From positions 36,766,001 to 36,830,000 of the forward strand of contig OZ024754.1 of assembly GCA_964016885.1 (NCBI GenBank): a stretch of 64,000 bases of DNA, read 5' to 3'. Positions 58,163 through 64,000 of this stretch are shown in pieces (the stretch's first letter is position 1; each line of letters starts with the position of its first letter). A program made the position numbers and the translations under genes. The notes beneath the pieces were generated by a model. That model had not been told where the DNA came from and did no database searches. It saw only the letters and a list, made by a program, of their open reading frames with translations. Source of the stretch: Eledone cirrhosa. Taxonomy: Eukaryota.

Positions 58163-58295
58163 TGGTATTTTATTTATCAACTTTGAAAGGGTGAAAAGCA
58201 AAGTTGACCTTGGCAGGATTTGAATATAGAATGTGAGAATGAATACTGCAAAACATTCTATCCGACATTCAAATAACTCTGCCAATTCGTCGCCT
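58140..58295 (-). mobile_element. tRNA-derived SINE whose 3' end merges into the 62-bp array
   Basis: aatcaaccccagtacaggactggtattttatt...aaagttgaccttggcaggatttgaa...gccaattcgtcgcctt. Confidence 0.85.
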
Positions 58296-58495
58296 TTTTT
58301 CATACATATTAGTGCATTGATTACCTCCCTTTGTCTCTTCCGCTCTTTGGCAGAAAGAGGTAATCAGCTAATGTGAAAAAAAAAACCAAAAACAAAAGAA
58401 AAAAAAAACAAGAAGAAATATACTGCAGCCATTGCACAACCAAGAATGCAGTCATTGCACAACTAAGAATGCATATGTATTAGTGCATTGATTAC

Positions 58496-58561
58496 CTCCC
58501 TTTGTCTCCTCCGCTCCTTGGCAGCTGATCCACGAATGCCTGGCAGCACAACATATACAGA
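58496..58561 (-). CDS. Candidate short coding exon, 66 nt (VCICCAARHSWISCQGAEETKG) or 44 nt from the inner acceptor (GIRGSAAKERRRQRE, 58496-58539)
   Basis: Acceptors ttcatttcatttag and gtgctgccag, donor GAG/gtaatc; both frames open. Confidence 0.55.
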
Positions 58562-58794
58562 CTAAATGAAATGAATGGAAGTCACAGACCAATTAAATGC
58601 CACAGGGAGTATGTATGCCTATGACATAGCGAGCACACATATGTATGTATGTATCTATATGTGTGAGTGTGTGTGCGTGTTTAGGAAGTTGCATATATTC
58701 CTCAATTTCTACAACTGTATTGAACTGTTTAATATAAAATATAATTTCCAATAAAGGTGTATATGAACCCATATGATAAATATATACTTAGTTA

Positions 58795-59067
58795 TCACTG
58801 TGAGGTTTGAAGCTGTGAACATGTCTTAGCTACTTCAGCAACCAGAATAAGAGTGCTAGATACATTTGATTGTCATTACAGATAGTCACTGTGAGGTTTG
58901 AAGCTGTGAACATGTCTTAGCTTCTTCAGCAAACAAAATAAGAGTGCTAGATACATTTGATTGTCATTACAGATAGTCACTGTGAGGTTTGAAGCTGTGA
59001 ACATGTCTTAGCTACTTCAGCAACCAGAATAAGAGTGCTAGATACATTTGATTGTCATTACAGATAG
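58795..59067. repeat. 91-bp tandem repeat, 3 copies
   Basis: tcactgtgaggtttgaagc starts at 58795, 58886 and 58977. Confidence 0.95.
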
Positions 59068-59069
59068 AT

Positions 59070-59215
59070 TGTGAGCTGACAGAGTCATTAGAATGCCAGA
59101 TAGAATGCTTTGTGATATTCATTCTGTTTCGCTGCTCTCTGAGTTCGATTCCCATCTAGGTCATCTTTACCTTTCGAGGTCGATAAAAAGAGTACCAGTC
59201 TAGAACTGGGGTTGA
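59070..59215 (+). mobile_element. Degenerate tRNA-derived SINE
   Basis: gagttcgattccc...cctttcgaggtcgataaaaagagtaccagt. Confidence 0.75.
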
Positions 59216-59299
59216 TTCTTCCTCTGTATCTCTTTCGCACTTCCTCTCTCTCACTTTCTATCCTTCTCTGGAAGAAATCTGCTGTATTCAGCCCTGGAG

Positions 59300-59646
59300 A
59301 GGTAGTAAAACTGGTTGGTGTTAGGAAGGGCATCCAGCCGAAGAAAACCTGCCTTAAACCCCGAGCCTTAGTCGTAGACTTAAAACTCTACCCAAAATCT
59401 TAGAATTAGACTTAAATCCCAAACCGAAGCTTTAGACTTAAACTTAAACCCTAACCCTTAGACTTAGACCCCAACCCTGAACCTTAGACATAGACTTAAA
59501 CCTCAACACAAAGCCTTAGATTAGATTTAAACCCCAACCCTTAGACTTAGACTTAAAGCCCAATCCTGCATCAAATGGAACAAAACCCTCTAACCCATGC
59601 TAGCATCGAAGATGGACGTCAAACGATGATGATGATGATGATGATG
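59300..59646 (+). mobile_element. (GAT)n-tailed SINE interrupted by ~210 bp of ttagac/aaaccc repeats
   Basis: ggttggtgttaggaagggcatccagccg...aacctgcct [insert ~59353-59567] ...aacccatgctagcatcgaagatggacgtcaaac(gat)n. Confidence 0.75.
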
Positions 59647-59862
59647 TTTCTACTGTAGGCACAAGGCCAGCAATTTGAAGAGAAGGGAAAAGTCAATTAA
59701 ATCAACTCCAGTGTATTACTGGTTCTTTATTTTATCGACTCCGTAAGGATGAAAAGCAAAGCTAACCTCGGCGGGATTTGAACTCAGAGCATAAAGGGCC
59801 ATAACTCTATGCTGCAAAGCATGGCGTCCGACGCTCCACCGATACTGCCAATCCGCCGCCCT
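59646..59862 (-). mobile_element. Full-length tRNA-derived SINE
   Basis: Reverse complement of the family consensus including head ggcggcggattggcagtatcgg. Confidence 0.9.
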
Positions 59863-59882
59863 CCCTAATAATAATTATAATA

Positions 59883-60096
59883 ATTGTTTCTACTTTAGGC
59901 ACAAGGCCAGCAATTTGGGAGGGGGTGCAGTTAAATCAACCCCAGTGTGTAACAGGTACTTTATTTTATCGACTCCGTAAGGATGAGAGGCAAAGTTAGC
60001 CTCGGCAGGATTTGAACGCAGACCGTAAAGGGGCGTAACTCCATGCTGCAAAGCATGGCATCCGACCCTCTACCGATACCGCCAATCCGCTGCCGC
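59883..60096 (-). mobile_element. Full-length tRNA-derived SINE, tandem to the previous copy
   Basis: Same head, core and tail. Confidence 0.9.
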
Positions 60097-61009
60097 TTCT
60101 AACAATATAAGGAATTCTAAACAAGAGAAAGGAGGAAGTAGTAATAAACATCTGTAATATATTATATAACCCAACAATTCTAGAAATAGTTAAAATGAGA
60201 GTGTAGAGTGTAAAAACCCAGCAAGTGGTTACATAATAAAAGTCAGTGGAATCAAAGAATATTGGAATCAAAGAATAATGGAATCAAAGAATAATGGAAT
60301 TAAAGAATAGCAGAGTAATATGAAACTCATAAACTACACATATTTTAACAAACTAAGCTGGATAAACAAAGAATTAAAACAAACTTAACTGATGAAAAAT
60401 GAATAAATGAATATATAAACATAAGTGAAAGCTTGTTAAAAGCAAAGAAAAACAACTGTAAATAATATTTACAAAAAAAAAATGCAAAAAATAATCATTA
60501 TCATTCTCATTCCAATAACCTCTTTTCCATATTGGCATGGGTTGGACAAGAAGTATATGAGGCTGTATTCTATGACTGGATGCCCTTCTTGAAGGCAATC
60601 CATAATTATTAAGTGTGTTACTTATTCCACAGACCTTCACATGTGAAACTGCTAAAGTGTAGGACATCAACAAATGGCACAGATTGTTTAGTTGTATGTG
60701 TGAGTGTGTATGTCCACATCTGCATTTGTCTATGTCCCATAACTTAGCGGTTCGACAAAATGAGATCGATAAAATAAGTGCTAGCTTTTTAAAAAAAAAG
60801 ATAAGCACTGGAATCGATATAATCAACTAAATCCCTTCAAGTCAGTGCCCCAGCATGGCCACAGACTAATGACCGAAACTAGTAAAAGAGCGAAAGAAAA
60901 AATGAGAGAGACTGGAAGCCAAAATAAGACAAAGAAATATCAAAGCAGAAGAAAAAAAATTATTTTTGTAATTTCAGATTTTTTTTTTGATTTTTTTATT
61001 TTAGCCTAC

Positions 61010-61039
61010 CTGGCAAACAAGAACAGTCAGCATCCGGCT
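61010..61039 (-). CDS. Candidate 30-nt microexon, phase 1-1 (xPDADCSCLP)
   Basis: ctaac branch motif, ~50-nt AG-free pyrimidine-rich zone with TGC, atag/AGCCGGATGCTGACTGTTCTTGTTTGCCAG/gtaggc. Confidence 0.5.
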
Positions 61040-61153
61040 CTATGTTCCCATGACAACACAGGTAAGCAAGAAGAGGAATAGACAACAAATGGTTAGTAAA
61101 AGATTGTTAGCGTTTGGTGGGGAAAAACATAGCAAAACAGAGCTTTGTTGTTT

Positions 61154-61789
61154 TAAACCCTTTTGATAATAAACTAGCTGAAATAAACCCTGGTCTATTA
61201 AAACCAAACTACTCCTGTACCACGTGAAACCACATTAGTAAGATAATGTTGAAACATTCCAAACAGCATTATGACAGTGTCAAATTACAAATTGATGTCT
61301 TTACTCTAATACTGTAAATTTTCACAATAATCTGTCCACTAGTAAAGATAATATAAATATTTGAATTAACAAACCTGTTTTTAAATATTTTTCACTAAAT
61401 CATTACAAGATGTTAAGAGTAAAGATGTTTACATGTTATTCTAAAAACCTTCCATCATAGTTACAGACCTGCAAACCCCTAAAACCCAAAACTGGGAGTA
61501 CCATGAAACAAAAGTGCTGCAAAACAAGGAGAAATGAGGCAAAATTGGGAGATTTTGCATAAACCCATTTTCGCAAGAGAAGACATCGCTTACCCACCCC
61601 TAAGTGGGTGGGAGATCACTCTGCCGAACAGGGAGAGTTCACAGGTCTGTAATTATGTCCCAAACACCAAAAGAATAATGAGAAAGTTATTTACTTTACT
61701 AAATCCCTTCAAATTTTTGATTATTTTCAAAAGGATTTAAAAATTATGGGTAATGTCTTTCATTAGAAATCTGTTAACAAAAGGGTTAA
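61154..61789. mobile_element. Possible piggyBac-like non-autonomous element
   Basis: taaa-cccttttgataa ... ttaacaaaaggg-TTAA termini. Confidence 0.45.
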
Positions 61790-62165
61790 AGTATTTTATA
61801 TTTTTGCTGCTTAATATCTGGTATTACCATTTACAAGCCTTTTATCAATTTATATATTCTACCATTTAGTCAGGGAAGGGAAGGGCAATGCCCAAAATGT
61901 TAGGGCATTATTGGTGGAAGGGAAAGGCAGTGCTCCTGAAATTATGGCCTCCAAGACCAAATAAGAGATCTAGCCCAATGCTTAAAAGAAAATCAATTCT
62001 GAGGCCCAGGTGGTAGAGCTAAAAAGGTGACAGGTGTCAACTACTGCCCAAGTGCCAGGTAGTAGTGTTAAACTGGCTGACATTAAATATACCACCTAAG
62101 GCCCAAGTAATGATGGTAAACTAGGTGACAGATGAAGTCTACCACCCAAAGGCCAAATGGTGGGA

Positions 62166-62382
62166 TTAACCCTTTAACATTTACATTACTCTATATGTAC
62201 TATTGTATTTTCACAGAAAAGGCTTTACCTCACATAATATTGAATCTACAAGATTTTGATATTTATTTATTTTGAAAACAATACCTTGATGTTGGTATGA
62301 GCAGCCGGTTATGACCGGTTTGAAGAGAAAGAGGTGAGAGAATTCTGGCTGGATACAGCCGGTTTAAATGCTAAAGGGTTAA
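62166..62382 (-). mobile_element. piggyBac-like MITE (~215 bp)
   Basis: TTAA-ccctttaacattta ... taaatgctaaaggg-TTAA; reverse complement of the 34474-34689 family. Confidence 0.85.
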
Positions 62383-62620
62383 ACTTGGTGATAGGTCAAG
62401 TCCAACATCCAAATAGGGATTTGAACTAAGAATGTCAATATCCAGAACAAATAGTGCAATGTAACTCATCTGACATTAACAATTTCACCACCCACCTCTT
62501 CAGACTGGTAATTTATTTTAACAACACTAAAAGGATTAAAGGCCAAGTTACCATCAATGAGATTTGAACTCAGGTCACCAAAACAGATATCACAAACATT
62601 TTGCCCTATACCCTAACATA

Positions 62621-63095
62621 TGGTACCTGGATGATGCGACAATCGCTGAGCCCGCAGACAGTGTCTATCATAATCTCTGATCAGTGATTCCTGCTCTGGC
62701 AAGAATTGGCCTCAAGCTCAACTCATCAGAGTCGGAGGTTGTGAATCAATTACGATACAGAGGGCTTTGCAGTCACCTTCTTCAATGTGCAATCAATATG
62801 CTACGAGGTGCACGTGACCTCAAAAGAAGATATCCTCATCATGGGTTCAGCGATATTCACATCAGTCATTTGCACCAGCCTCAGGTCAAGGCTTCACCAG
62901 CTTAAAACTCTGGAGTAGACTGAACCTGATCAATGCCCATCAGGCACTTACCATTTAAGGGACTGCTTTGCCATGCCGAGGCTTCAATACACCTTCCGCA
63001 GTGCCCCTTGCTACAGCCATGCATCTAACCTCACAGACCTTCTTCCCTGTATCTGAAGGGCTGCTGAAGAGATGTGCAATGTCTGATTTAATGAC
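62621..63095 (+). pseudogene. Decayed reverse transcriptase of a CRE-like non-LTR retrotransposon
   Basis: WYLDDATIAEP...L*SVIPALARIGLKLNSSESEV (YLDD catalytic motif, GL.LN) and downstream RDCFAMPRLQYTFRSAPCY. Confidence 0.75.
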
Positions 63096-63099
63096 ACAT

Positions 63100-64000
63100 G
63101 ATGTTTGTATGTGTATGTGTAATAGTTTGTATGTGTGAATATGTATGTGCGTGTGTGTGTAATAGTTTGTATGTGTGAATGTTTGTGTGTGTATGTAATG
63201 GTTTGTGTGTGAATATGTGTGTGTATGTAATGGTTTGTGTGTGTGAATATGTGTGTGTGTATGTAATGGTTTGTGTGTGTGAATATGTGTGTGTGTGTAA
63301 ATGTTTGTGTGTGTATGTAATGGTTTGTGTGTGTGAATATGTGTGTGTATGTGTAATAGTTTGTGTGTGTGAATATGTGTGTGTATGTGTAAATGTTTGT
63401 ATGTGTGAATAAGTGTGTGTGTATGTGTAATAGTTTGTATGTGTGAATAAGTGTGTGTGTATGTGTAAATGTTTGTATGTGTGAATAAGTGTGTGTGTAT
63501 GTGTAATAGTTTGTATGTGTGAATAAGTGTGTGTGTATGTGTAATAGTTTGTATGTGTGAATGTTTGTGTGTGTATGTAATAGTTTGTATGTGTGAATGT
63601 TTGTGTGTGTATGTAATGGTTTGTGTGTGTGAATATGTGTGTGTATGTGTAAATGTTTGTATGTGTATGTGTAATAGTTTGTATGTGTGAATATGTGTGT
63701 GTATGTGTAATAGTTTGTATGTGTGAATGTTTGTGTGTATATGTAATGGTTTGTGAATATGTGTGTGTATGTAATGGTTTGTGTGTGTGAATATGTGTGT
63801 ATGTGTAAATGTTTGTGTGTGTATGTAATGGTTTGTGTGTGTGAATATGTGTGTGTATGTGTAATAGTTTGTACGTGTGAATGTTTGTGTGTGTATGTAA
63901 TGGCTTGTGTGTGTGAATATGTGTGTGTATGTAATAGTTTGTATGTGAATGTTTGTGTGTGTATGTAATGGTTTGTGTGTGTGAATATGTGTGTGTATGT
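63100..64000. repeat. GT-rich compound minisatellite (gtaatggtttgtgtgtgtgaatatgtgtgtgtat-like)
   Basis: Seen directly; runs off the window end. Confidence 0.95.

Noticed and set aside
61005-61061. Plus-strand 57-nt exon (ttttag/CCTACC...CACAG/gtaagc)
   Set aside because: Good splice signals, but no other plus-strand exons were found and it overlaps the minus-strand candidate that fits the exon chain; not fully excluded.

Overview
Eukaryotic, very AT-rich, repeat-saturated genomic DNA. The SINE families, RTE tails and (TA)n/(GT)n load point to an octopus or related coleoid cephalopod (inference). Nearly all long ORFs in the track are artefacts of micro- and minisatellites. Supported content: (1) the probable 3' end of an unidentified minus-strand gene, with short candidate exons at 61.0, 58.5 and 53.15 kb and a terminal exon at 48.76-48.89 kb; (2) about 11 well-formed and several decayed type I hammerhead ribozyme motifs in 3-4 structural families, mostly next to (TA)n tracts and consistent with Penelope-like element pseudo-LTRs, several inside long fold-back palindromes; (3) tRNA-derived SINEs, RTE and CRE LINE fragments, and mariner-, pogo- and piggyBac-type MITEs; (4) large minisatellites (16, 26/29, 28, 39 and 62 bp units), two of them visibly derived from a MITE interior and a SINE tail. 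All calls are by eye, with no database searches; repeat boundaries are approximate.
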